A program made the translations under genes and the position numbers. Shown one piece after another: positions 1 to 11,660 of a DNA stretch of 64,000 bases (positions are counted from its first letter, which is position 1; the number at the start of each line of letters is the position of its first letter). Origin of the DNA: Octopus sinensis (Eukaryota); the NCBI RefSeq assembly GCF_006345805.1, contig NC_043005.1, forward strand, positions 69,440,001-69,504,000, in the 5' to 3' direction. A model generated the notes under the pieces. That model saw nothing but the letters and a program-made list of their open reading frames with translations. It was not told where the DNA came from and ran no database searches.

Positions 1-774
1 ATTCAGTAAACGACAGTAATATAGGAATTTTCCATTTTGTGATGGCAGGCAATACTTTTACAAGAAATCTGGGACAGAATCTTTTTCAAGAAATCAATGA
101 TAGAAGACCTTATATTTGTAGGGTCTGACGCGATTATTACTTTTAAAGTATAGGCCTTGTTATTTATTGATGCACAGAAACATATATGCTTGCACATATA
201 TCCATTTTTAATTTCTTAATTGTTCACTTATCTATTTCTATTTATATAATCAATGAGGGTGATAAATATATATCAAAGGTGTTTAAATTCGAATAATATT
301 GTGTGAATGAAAACATCTTCAGAGGTATCAATCTTTTCTAAAATTATATATATAATGCTCGAACAAATTTTTATTTGTACAGTTAAAGAAGATGAAAAAT
401 TATAAGCACATTATGCAACTGTTAATATTATTATTATTATTATTATTATTGTTGTTGTTGTTGTTGCTGTTGTTTTTGTTGTTATTATTATTGTTTTTCG
501 TATCATTATACAGTAGTCTTATTTTTATCACGTACTTTTACTGCACCACGAACCGCAGGTCTGTTTGCCTTGGGTATGATAACTCTTATTTTTACTGTAT
601 TGAAAGTGTTTTACGTAGTACGTGTGCGGTGGCTAGAAGTGCTCTTTTCTGTACGTTATATATACTTGTTAGATCTGTTTCTTTGTTTGCGTGAATATTT
701 TTTATCATACATAATGCATCTAATCTGATAGGAATTTCTTCAGTATTTAGACTCCACATTTGAGTTACCGCGAT

Positions 775-857
775 GTCTTGGGGTCGATTCTCTCGACTAA
801 AGGTGGTGTTCCAGCATGGCCACAGTCAAATGACTGAAATGAGTAAAAGAGAAAAAG
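775..857 (+). mobile_element. 3' tail fragment of tRNA-derived SINE (family 1)
   Basis: GGTGGTGTTCCAGCATGGCCACAGTCAAATGACTGAAATGAGTAAAAGAG matches the SINE tails at 31166-31218 (minus strand) and 60432-60492. Confidence 0.75.
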
Positions 858-889
858 ACAAAGAGATAGACAGATGAACAGGTTTATAG

Positions 890-927
890 GGAAGTAAATA
901 AATAGATAAATAGATAGATAGTTAGTC

Positions 928-960
<33 letters not shown>

Positions 961-1041
961 TATATAGATAGATAGATAGATAGATACATAGATAGATAGA
1001 TACATAGATAGATAGATACATAGATAGATAGATATATATAT

Positions 1042-1120
<79 letters not shown>

Positions 1121-1122
1121 TG
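890..1122. repeat. (GATA)n microsatellite
   Basis: Directly visible. It explains the LSIY-repeat ORF 765..1142. Confidence 0.97.
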
Positions 1123-1705
1123 GTTATATACCGACCACTCAATGTTTAGTAGTCGGTATTAATTTCTCTGTAACATGTTTGTAAGAATATTTTATCAATA
1201 AAAAATTGGAATGTTGGTTCTTCTGAACTACTTTTTAATTGTAATCCACAAATATATAACAGAGTAACTAATTAGAACATCGATTATTAAATGAAACTCT
1301 TGATCAATTGTTTCGTCCACAAGTTATCCAGCATAATATTGGCGCCGTTTATCGCTTCGATAATGACGTGCCCAGCTCTTTCCATACCACTTTACCCAGT
1401 TTGGTTCGAATCTGTAGAAATATGTGACGCGTTAGATGACTTTGGTTATGACAGCAAATGATTTATGATACATCAGCCGATAGACGGCGTTATCGTTAAT
1501 ACTATTAATCAAGTAGTTGACCAGTTAATTGGTTAATTAATTACTCAGTTCACAAATAATACTACAAAAAAGAACAGACATAAAATATATGCACACGCAT
1601 GTCATTATATAAGAAAATATAGAAATGAAATTAAAATAGTTACTTAATTGGTTAATACTTCAACGTTGCAATGTGGAAGTGAGAAGATAGTAAGAAACAT
1701 TCGAG

Positions 1706-2012
1706 TGTATGTATGTATGTATGTATGTATGTATGTATGTATGTATGTATGCATGTATGTATGTATGTATGTATGTATGTATGTATGTATGTATGTATGA
1801 ATGTATGTATGTATGTATGAATGTATGTATGAATGTATGTATGTATGTATGTATGTACGAATGTATCTATGAATGTATGTATGTATGTATGTATGTATGT
1901 ATGCATGTATGAATGTATGAATGTATGTATGTATGAATGTATGTATGTATCAAACTATCTAGCTATCTCTCTCTCTTACTATCTATCTATCAATCTATCT
2001 ATCTGTCTGTCT
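1706..2012. repeat. (TATG)n with TGAA variants, followed by (TATC)n
   Basis: Directly visible. It explains the YIHT/MYVC ORFs. Confidence 0.97.
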
Positions 2013-2124
2013 GACTGTTCGTCGCCCCCACCCATTCATCTATAACCTAACTGTGCTAAATTTTAATTGTGTTAAAATTTTGTGCAGTCATAGAGTGACC
2101 AATGGTTTCCCTTGCACAAAGAAC

Positions 2125-2572
2125 GTATGTCCATTGGGGCGGGGGTGTTAGCAGACTCCAAAGACGAACTGAAATGTAACTCTTCATTTCTGTGAGGCAG
2201 GAGTCCGTTACTGTCAGTTGCTCAGACAGTCATCAAAGAGTAAACGGGTTATCTCCCTTAGGCAAGCTAATCTGTGTCATAAGCGGGAGAATCGATTAGA
2301 CCCGAATGCTCCTTACGAACTAAAAGGAGCCGAAAGGAAATAATTCCTCTCGTTTCCCGTAGAAGAACTGTTCTTAGGGCCATAACTCGTCCTCGCCGTC
2401 CCGCAACGTTTATTCTTTAGTGACTTTCTGATCAGCTGACAGTAACGGATTCCTGCCTCCCACAGATGAAACATTACATTTGACTTCGACCTTTGTGTCT
2501 GACGAGCTGTCCATTAGCTAAGACCTTTTGCGGATGCGAAACCTTCGTTTAACCTAGAGCGGACATAGACTC
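2125..2572. mobile_element. Fold-back element, probably PLE-pLTR-derived, with a hammerhead-like motif in the right arm
   Basis: Arm 2148-2226 (..GTAACTCTTCATTTCTGTGAGGCAGGAGTCCGTTACTGTCAGTTGCTCAGA) is an imperfect reverse complement of 2428-2506. CTGACGA at 2499-2505 and CGAAAC at 2537-2542. Confidence 0.55.
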
Positions 2573-2626
2573 AACTACACAGAAATACATTACCGCTCTG
2601 TGTGTAAGCATATATATATATGTGTG

Positions 2627-2852
2627 ACCATGGGTTTGCACCTAGAGAGTTACCCTCTGAGGCACAAGTCTGAGCAAGGTTGTTTTTATGGAAGACCAGC
2701 AGTCGCCCATGCATACCGGCCTCCCCTCTCCACGCCACCAGTGTTATCCAAGGGAAAGACAAAGGTCGATACAGCTTGGCACCAGTGACGTCGCAACTCA
2801 TTTCTACAGCTGAGTGAGCTGGAGCAACGTGAAATAAAGTGCTTTGCTCAAG

Positions 2853-2856
<4 letters not shown>
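2627..2856 (-). mobile_element. SINE body and 3' part (family 3), 5' end lost at a (TA)n tract
   Basis: The minus strand reads TTCTTGAGCAAAGCACTTTATTTCACGTTGCTCCAGCTCACTCAGCTG, resembling the conserved central domains of invertebrate SINEs. GC-rich island in AT-rich background. Domain type not resolved. Confidence 0.55.
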
Positions 2857-2889
<33 letters not shown>

Positions 2890-4156
2890 GTAAATGTCAA
2901 ACGAGGAAAATGAGCAGTCAACACCTTGCAGAATATAATTTCTTTATTCGTAAATTAAGACAACCATTGGTTTCCTCTTAAGAAAACTAAGTAAATATGC
3001 TACTGGTGTAATAGTTTTTCAAGCCGATCACATGGAGGAAATTGTTCGTCTCGCTGCATTTAATGCACACCTTATAAGTAGAGGATCTGCTATGAGTTTT
3101 AAATATTTGTCTAGGAAGGTATTTATACTACACTTTTGCCGAATAGTCTCCTGTAAGCTTATTGTCTGTTCTGTTTGGAAATCAGGACGCTGCTACCTGA
3201 GAAATCACGAGAAATACTGAGAAGGGGAATACAAAAACTGAAAGGGTGAATGTAAACTTAAAAGGTAAGAAAAGAAGAAAATTAAAGTTAGCCCTTATTC
3301 ATCGTAAACACGATAATACAATTGATTTTAAATTGAAAAAATTGAAAACTCTCGCAGTTTGAAATTATATATTGATAAAATGTTTTTAAAATAAACACAG
3401 TTGTTCATATCCTAATTCTAGCATTCGTCTTTTGTTTTCCTTTATTTCAAACCAGTTTATTCTCCACCTGGAACACTTCAATATGCAAACATTTCGAAAC
3501 TTATATAAGCAAACGTAGATGCGTAAATACACACAAACGCAAGCAGACACCAACACTCAGAGGACTAGAATATCTCCAAACCCCCAAACATGATACCAGA
3601 TAAGCCACCTATATCCGGATGTATGTCAATCTACAAAAGCAGCCTACTTGAATGAGCCAACATACTGGAAAACGTAACTTGAAAACAACTAAAGCGATCA
3701 GAGGGTCTATAATGGAAGTTTTTAGAAAGGTTTTTTTTTCGTCTCTTTATGATTAAATTTCGGACACATGCACTCAATATTAATCGCTCTTCGTAACTAA
3801 TGCCAGAAATTTATTGATTTCAGCAGTACACAGAATTCGACAACATGACGCCAACCTAGTGATTATATAATTGACTGTAATTACTTTAATATATATTTGA
3901 GATATTTTATCAATCATCTCCTGATAAAATATACGCCAGATTTTCTTGAGAAGGAATGAAATTCTGATCGAAGTAGCATTAAGATCGATGCCGCAGAAAA
4001 AAAAATTCAATACGCTTCCAATTTCAGACATGCCCCCTTCCTAAGAGAGGGCAAAGTATTTGATAATCTATGGTGAATTGAAATTTTCCAAATGAAAGAA
4101 TATCGCATCAAATCATATAATCTTTATGTTCGAAATATTGTAGGGATGAAATAAAT

Positions 4157-4197
<41 letters not shown>

Positions 4198-4308
4198 TAT
4201 CATCATCATCATCATCATCATCATCATCTTCATCATTATCGTTATCAACATCTTCATGAACATCATTATCATCATTGTCGTTGTCGTTGTTCTCATCACG
4301 ACCATCAT

Positions 4309-4343
<35 letters not shown>

Positions 4344-4435
4344 CCATCATCATCATCACCACCACCATCATCAGCATCATCATTATCATTATCATCATCA
4401 TCATCACCACCATCACCACCACCACCACCTCCACC

Positions 4436-4502
<67 letters not shown>

Positions 4503-4543
4503 CCATAATCATCATCATCATCATCTTCGTCACCATCATCATC
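4157..4543. repeat. Compound (CAT)n/(CAC)n trinucleotide repeat
   Basis: Directly visible. It explains the poly-M, poly-I and poly-S ORFs. Confidence 0.97.
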
Positions 4544-5307
4544 AATGTAGTCTTTATGTCTTCAGTTGATTAGCGGGGTAGGTGATTGCATTGATGAGGC
4601 CATTTGCTATCGCGTGTGGAATAGAAGCAAATATTTTATTGACTTATACTGGGAGATACTATCAATGCGTATAAATCTGTGCCTTACGCCTACGTATTCG
4701 CATTAGCTTGAATTTGTTATTTTTTTATAATGCTAGCAAAATTGTAGCATATAGTCACAAACACAAACATCTCTACGTATGTGTCTCTGTGTACGGATTA
4801 TTAAGCGTCTCCGAATCGCTATATAACTATTCATTCACATTTTTGCTCGCCTATCATACCACTTCCATTCTATATTTTATATCTTAAAATCTTGATATAA
4901 GAACGCTGTTACGTAACACAAATATAGTTTTAAATATATCAAACAAAACCAAATCTCTTTTATGACTGAATGCAATACACAGTCGGCGAATTTTAACAGT
5001 TTATGTGTTTATGAAGGCAAATGAAGAAGTAATAAATGGAAATCAGTGAGATATAAATTCACGAAACAACACAACCAAAAGAGTGAATAAGAGAAATAAA
5101 AATCATTAACGAAATTTTTAACTGTATGTTAGTATAACATTTTTACATTAAACTAGATAGTGCTGCAATATGAAACCGGCTATGTGCGTAGCCCTACTTT
5201 ATGAAGGCGCCATCGGAGGAGAGTAATTGTAATTCATTATGTGAATGCCTAACTAGTCCGAATCGTGTTCAATATTTGAACGGAAAGTGTCATTGTAATT
5301 ATTATTT

Positions 5308-5520
5308 ATTTTTGGTACAAGGCCAGCAAATTTATGTCAGTAGGTAAGTCGATTACATCGACTATAATGCTCTTCGGCATCTGATACGCATTTTATCAAA
5401 AGGATAAATGACAAACATGACCTCGTGAAATTTGAACTCAGGAGGAAAAAACTGATGATATACCGCTAAGCACTTCGCCGGCGTGATAACTATTCTTCCC
5501 GATCGCTGCCCTTTTGCCTT
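5308..5520 (-). mobile_element. tRNA-derived SINE (family 2), diverged
   Basis: Collinear with 21047-21276 in reverse. The B-box-like GAGTTCAAATTTC is seen as GAAATTTGAACTC on the plus strand. Confidence 0.75.
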
Positions 5521-5688
5521 CCTAAATATTAGTAATTCTCTATCAAAATATTTGTCGCTAAATTTCGATTTAATATTTTTTTTTGCAATATGATATGAAT
5601 GTTGCAAGATATTGGGCATGTATATATAGTCACACACGTATTTATTTACATATACACATATTTGTATGTACGTATATGCACAATATAT

Positions 5689-5749
<61 letters not shown>

Positions 5750-5751
5750 GA

Positions 5752-5957
5752 GAATTTTATTCCTTGTGAACTGTAAATTTTCTCCGTCTAATATATTCAT
5801 ACCTTATCTCTGATGACTGAATACTTAGTGCACGGATATTAACTAAGCACTTGGGTTATCCCTGAAAGAGCTGTAAGTCTTCAAATCCACATTAACCTAA
5901 TCAAATTATCCTAAATGACTTGAGATACTCGTTCTGCCTTGGTTTTGATTCTCCTCT

Positions 5958-5993
<36 letters not shown>

Positions 5994-6166
5994 ATATTTA
6001 GGATAATTCAATTAGGTTAATGAAGTTAATGTGAATTTGAAGACTTACAGCTCTTTCGGGGATAACCCAAGTGCTTAGTTAATATCCGTGCACTGGGTAT
6101 TCAGTCATCAGAGATAAGGTATGAATATATTAAGAGAAAATTTACAGTTCACAAGGAATAAAATTC
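5752..6166. mobile_element. Tail-to-tail inverted pair of PLE-type pLTR fragments, each with a hammerhead-like motif
   Basis: 5752-5916 and 5996-6166 are near-identical reverse complements. CTGATGA at 5810-5816 and GAAA at 5864-5867 on plus, mirrored at 6105-6111 and 6054-6057 on minus. Confidence 0.75.
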
Positions 6167-6361
6167 ACAGTTCATGAGGAAGAAATTAGACGAATAAATT
6201 ATTAAAATACAAGAATGAAGAGTATAAGGAGTGAAAAGAATATAGGCTGGAGAATAATTTTCACATCTTAGATCCTCTGGAAAAAATGAGTTGTGAACAT
6301 TATTCTCCTGCATATATTTTTCTAACTACTTCTATTTTATTCCTTATAAACTGCGAAATCT

Positions 6362-6570
6362 AATCCTTGTAAACTGTAAATTTTCCCCGTCTAACATTTT
6401 CATATCCTGTCTCTGATAAAGGAATACACAGTGAATGAATATACCAACAAACCACTTGGGTTATCCCCAAAACGACTGTAAAACTTCAAATTCACATTCG
6501 CCTAGTTAATGTTACCTAAATGACTTGAGATACTCGTTTTGCCTTAGGTTTTTGATTTTTCCTCTAATAT
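6362..6570 (+). mobile_element. Third, more diverged direct copy of the same pLTR fragment
   Basis: Aligns to 5760-5958 (ACTGTAAATTTT..CTCTGATAAAGG..CACTTGGGTTATCCCCAAAACGACTGTAA..AAATGACTTGAGATACTCGTT). Confidence 0.75.
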
Positions 6571-6763
6571 AATATATACATGCTATAACGAAACACTAAG
6601 ACGCATCCCTAGATCAAGCCTTAGCTGTGAACTCGGAACCTAATGGTCGAGCAACTAAAGCACAAACCAAGCGTACATCTTCGTTTAGATCACACGTTAC
6701 CTAAACCCCGCATATTCTTTCTCTCTCTCACTCTCTTATTATCCTACACACACACTCACACAC

Positions 6764-6806
<43 letters not shown>

Positions 6807-6897
6807 ATAATTAATCCCCAAAACCGGAGAAAAACACAAGACGGAAGGACGTGGTACATACACATTATTAAAACACGCGAAGAGAAGGAAAGGAAGG

Positions 6898-6936
6898 CTA
6901 TTTTACGTTTCGAGCGAAGCTCTTCTTCAGATACAG
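6898..6936 (-). ncRNA. Minimal type I hammerhead ribozyme motif (Penelope type)
   Basis: The minus strand reads CUGUAU-CUGAAGA-A-GAGC UUC GCUC-GAAAC-GU-A-AAAUAG. Both core boxes are present, with a 4-bp stem II, palindromic ACGU stem III, GUA cleavage triplet, and 5 of 6 stem I positions paired (one G-U). Confidence 0.75.
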
Positions 6937-7019
6937 CAGAGAGAATCCAAGAGAAAAGGAAGACGGAGGAAAAATATTCGTCTACAATCCACATGTAACT
7001 ACAAGATATATACTGTATT

Positions 7020-7123
<104 letters not shown>

Positions 7124-9139
7124 ATATACATTGGTTTTAAGACGGGATATAATTTTGCATATCGTACAACGTAGATTTAAGGTTTGTATTTTAAGTAATT
7201 GTAATGTTATATAATATAACTTCTAGAAAAAATTCAAAAACTCTACGGCGGTCTTCATCACATATGATACTTACAACAGTGTTTGATTAACCAGAGCCCT
7301 GGTATTATCTATATGAATTTAGAGAATTGCTTTAAGTTAGCATACATGTTTGTATTCAGGATTACGCTTTCTCAAATTGTGCTAATTTTTTAAAGAGACG
7401 GTTTCACACTTTGGAGATCTATATAAGAGACAATGGACATGAGAAGTATGTTATTACATGCGTAGAAGTTAAAACTGAATAAAACAACTTCAGTTAGCTA
7501 TTTGAAAAGCATGTCGAATATGATAGTGTGCAGAGCAATTTTGAATTGTTTCAGTTGCGCTGGAGACTTTAGGAAATATATGAAATACAGTTAAAGAGAA
7601 CAAATGGGAGAACTCAAATTTTGATATAATTGCTCAGAAATTTGGATTCTGAATGAGCGCTTTCTAAAGAACTATGTTAATCGATTAACTACACATGAAG
7701 TACTATCAACGTGTTTTAATATCTGTGACATGTAATACACATGTGTTGTTTATATCGTCAATGCAATATTGTGAAACAAATGTTGATGGTTGCTAGTATC
7801 CTGGGTGTTGCAAAACAGATGAACTTAAAAACTTAAATATATTTCCAAAAGAATAATATATACCAAAATATCGAGACGCGTCGGAAAGGAGTAGGAGTAG
7901 AGCAACTGACATAGAGGTCAAATGAATATATAAATTGAAACATCTATATTTGAATCAGGATTAAACTCACCGGCTTCAAGTTTACATTCTCGAAAATGGT
8001 TGATTTATTTGAAGAATTTTATAATCCATAAAGACGCAAAAAATTGCACGTGTATATTACATAAGAATATATATATATATATATATACGTACACACGAGT
8101 GAGTGAAGAAACGGAAGAAGGGCACTCAACCAATTTAATGGCAGTTACATATAGGGATCAAAAGAGCTCCACGCATAAGCGCGCACACGTGCAGCCACAC
8201 GCACAAAATTATTTGGGTATCCGTACATAGCGGACTTGCTCGTGAGTTTGCCCTGTGTTAAATGAAGTTCGTTCTACAATATATTTGCGATGATGCAGAA
8301 GAGAAAACAGTGTCGCAATATACAAGAAAATATAGCTTACATTTGTCACTTTTCATTCCTTTCATTTCCGATTCAGTTCAATCTCTCTTTCTACTATAAA
8401 TGAATTGTTTCTTTTTCTATATACGATCATAATTTACCTAGTGATCAGTGTCTACGATCCCCCATATTTAGCGGATACATACAGAATCGTATTTTAATTT
8501 CTCTTATCATTCGTTGTTGTGCTCTCTCACTCCTGGAATATTGGTTATTTTCTGGTAGATCTTTATTTTGAATCATCGCTTTGTTTCAAATTCCAGAGAG
8601 CATTTCTGCAAGCAATTATCTTTTAAAACCGACGCTTATATCTTATCGTCTGACGCAAAGAATAATCGACAGTCTAGGAAGTATAACACACGAAAATATG
8701 GTTTCAGAATGTAATAATACAATATGGCTCACATGTGCTTTCCTGGGAAGATAAAGAAAGAAAATAGTTAAGTACATTTCTAAACTGCTGATTCATGGAA
8801 TATATTATTAATAACTCCCTCAGATGAGATATGCAGAAATACAGAACATGTAAATAACCTGTACAACTCAGACATATAGTTTTGGATTAATAGGAAATAT
8901 GAATAAGTAATTTCTGTGTATATAGAATGTTTTCTATACTCTCATATTAGGCATCAACTTCTCTAAATATTAAATATCTCCAACCAAATTAATTTCCTTT
9001 AAGATTCGGTAGTTGTAAGGCATCTGCTTTACAAATAGTTTAAAACGTTCATTTCGTAAACAAGTAATATGTATTTAGTTTAATATATATACATAACAGA
9101 GCGTCTCCAACAGACGCACACACACACACATAGAGAGTG

Positions 9140-9161
9140 AAACAGATAGATAGGTAGAGAT

Positions 9162-9230
<69 letters not shown>

Positions 9231-9300
9231 CAGACTGACATACACAGACAAGTACGCAGACAGATAAATAGATATATAGACTGACAGATATATACATAGA
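9140..9300. repeat. (GATA)n/(GACA)n microsatellite
   Basis: Directly visible. Confidence 0.95.
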
Positions 9301-9844
9301 TATGGTCTATTCGATCGATTAAAAACATAGAGTACTCTATAACGCTCGTCAACCTTCAGGTTTAACCTGTGATATCCAATAATTGTATTATAGGTACTGC
9401 AGGTTGGCGTTTGGGCATCTGGTTGTCGAATGTGACTAGATAGTTGAAAATATTTGAGACAATAATGAGTACGGTTGAACATGTATTTTTTAATCACTAG
9501 AATAGTTTCCATGCAATGTATTTCTCGAGGCATGCTGGTACGTGATTATGCAACCGCTTCCCTGCATTATTAGACATAGTTGTATTTTCTCAGGCGATTT
9601 GTAAATTTTGTTTCCATAAGTTTAAAATCCTCGGCTTCAAGTCTGTCATGGGCTGAATTTAGTAGTAGTCATTGAGCGTATCAGGCTGTGTTGTTGCTGA
9701 ATGACCGTCGCAAACTGCTCTAATGTATAGATGTAGTGGGATGGTGCTTCTGCTACTATTAATGTGGTTGCCGTTTTAAAATGTAATTTCTTTGTACTGT
9801 TTATATGTTTTTCATGGTTGGTTACACATGTGATTGTCCTTAGT

Positions 9845-9866
9845 TAACCTTCTAGATATTTATCGA

Positions 9867-9939
<73 letters not shown>

Positions 9940-10050
9940 AATAATATCATTATTATTATTATTATTATCCAGTTCACTGCCTGGAATAGAAATCGGAATC
10001 TTGGGGTTAGTAGCCCTACCTCTTAAGCTCTACAGAATATGACTCTGGGG
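9845..10050 (-). mobile_element. Inverted partial copy of the tRNA-like/(TAA)n PLE module (left arm of fold-back)
   Basis: 9969-10050 is the reverse complement of 10064-10142. It is followed leftward by (TTA)n at 9870-9968 and a degenerate match to AACATCGAAAAATACCTTAGG. Confidence 0.7.
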
Positions 10051-10074
10051 AAGGACAATCTGCCCCCAGGCATA

Positions 10075-10138
10075 TGGCGTAGAGGTTAAGAGCACGGGTT
10101 ACTGACCCCAAGATTCCGAATTCGATTCGAGGCAGAGA

Positions 10139-10142
<4 letters not shown>
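10075..10142 (+). other. tRNA-derived Pol III-type cassette (not a functional tRNA)
   Basis: A-box-like TGGCGTAGAGG, GGG-TTACTGA-CCC anticodon-like arm, B-box-like GAATTCGATTC. No acceptor stem. Paralogues at 9969-10040 (minus) and 27591-27662 (minus). Confidence 0.7.
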
Positions 10143-10234
<92 letters not shown>

Positions 10235-10250
10235 TAATAATAATAATAAT

Positions 10251-11660
10251 AAGGTGTTAGCTTATAAGGTGTTAATAACAAGGTGTTAGCTATAAATTCC
10301 TTAGCAGTTCCAGTTGTTACTTATAGCTACAATGTGTTGAACTGGAATATGAGTGAAGTAAAGAATATAGATAGGAAAATACGCAAGCTGCTGAGTTGTA
10401 ATAGGATGCACCGCCCAAAGGCAGACGTAGATCGTCTTTACCTTCCCAGAGCCCAAGGAGGTCGAGGCCTGATCCAATTTGAACTAGCTTACAAAACAAC
10501 CACAATTGGACTTGCCAAATATCTCGAAATATCGAATGACTGGATGCTAAAGCTCGTGGAAAATCACGAGAGACGAAAGAAGCTTCATTCTATTATAAAG
10601 GAAAGCAAAAAATTTGCTATTGATCTCGTGCAGGATACCCAAACTGAACAACCCGGGGGAAGTACGGCAACTATTGTTGCAAAGAAGGTGAAAATGATGG
10701 CAACGAAAAAAGCGCACGAGCAATTGGCTGATAGGTGGGAGGAGAAACCTCTGCACGGCAAATATGTGACCCGCAGCAAACAAGCTGATGTTGACCAGAA
10801 GCAAACCCATCAGTGGCTACGGAGCTCAGGGCTAAAAGCAGAGAGCGAAGGTTTCATCCTCGCTGCTCAAGATCAAAGCCTATTAACCCGGAACTACCAG
10901 GCCAATGTGATGAAAAATGGAGCAGACCCAAAATGCCGATTCTGCAACGACATGATTGAAACAGTGGACCACCTAATCTCTGGATGTAAAGTCTTAGCAC
11001 CAGTGGAGTATAAATTAAGACATGACAGAGTTGGCCAATATCTCCACTGGCTAATAAGTCGGCATTACAATATCAAAACTGCCGACAAGTGGTATAATCA
11101 CCACCCTGAGGCTGTAACTGAAGGAAAAAATGTAACGATTCTGTGGGACTTTCCAGTACATACAGACCGAACCATCAAGGCCAATAAACCAGATATTGTT
11201 GTAAAAGACCAAAACAATAAAGTTTGCTTATTGATCGACATGAGCATCCCCTGTGATCATAATATCTCAGCGAAAGAGTTTGACAAGCTCAGAAAATATA
11301 AAGACCTACTCATTGAAATTGAGAAAATGTGGCATCTCAAGGCGGTTACCATACCAGTGATCGTAGGAGCACTAGGAATGATCAAGAAGGGAACCAAAAA
11401 TTATATGAGAATGATCCCTGGCTTACCATCCCTGCAAGAAGTGCAAAAGATTGTCTTAACTTGTACATCACACGTATTGAGAAGAGCATTGTCGATGTGA
11501 GAACTGTTGCTGCTCATGTATTTTAAGTTAACTTAAAAAAAAAAAATGAACGAACTATTGAGTTTGGTTTAATGGCCTACCAATGTATACTATGAGTTTC
11601 TTTGCCCTAGGAGTCGGGAAGACACTCGGCAAGAAATGGAAGCAAATTTGAAAGAAGATA
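10251..11660 (+). mobile_element. 5'-truncated R4/Dong-clade non-LTR retrotransposon inserted in (TAA)n
   Basis: ORF with RT thumb, CCHC knuckle and RLE endonuclease, then a ~160-bp 3' UTR. Flanked by (TAA)n at 10143-10250 and 11658-11703. Confidence 0.88.
10283..11500 (+). CDS. C-terminal half of R4/Dong-type RT protein (thumb, CCHC zinc knuckle, restriction-like endonuclease), no native start
   Basis: 405 uninterrupted codons. RLYLPRAQGGRGL, FILAAQDQSLLTRNY, CRFCNDMIETVDHLISGC, RHDRV, KPDIV..LIDMSIP, EFDKLRKY, IPVIVGALG. Confidence 0.88.
   Translation: MLAINSLAVPVVTYSYNVLNWNMSEVKNIDRKIRKLLSCNRMHRPKADVDRLYLPRAQGGRGLIQFELAYKTTTIGLAKYLEISNDWMLKLVENHERRKKLHSIIKESKKFAIDLVQDTQTEQPGGSTATIVAKKVKMMATKKAHEQLADRWEEKPLHGKYVTRSKQADVDQKQTHQWLRSSGLKAESEGFILAAQDQSLLTRNYQANVMKNGADPKCRFCNDMIETVDHLISGCKVLAPVEYKLRHDRVGQYLHWLISRHYNIKTADKWYNHHPEAVTEGKNVTILWDFPVHTDRTIKANKPDIVVKDQNNKVCLLIDMSIPCDHNISAKEFDKLRKYKDLLIEIEKMWHLKAVTIPVIVGALGMIKKGTKNYMRMIPGLPSLQEVQKIVLTCTSHVLRRALSM

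Noticed and set aside
1300-1335. Hammerhead on the minus strand (GGACGAAACAATTG)
   Set aside because: The first core box and the 5' strand of stem II are missing.
10075-10142. Functional tRNA gene
   Set aside because: No acceptor stem, degraded boxes, and three divergent copies embedded in repeats.
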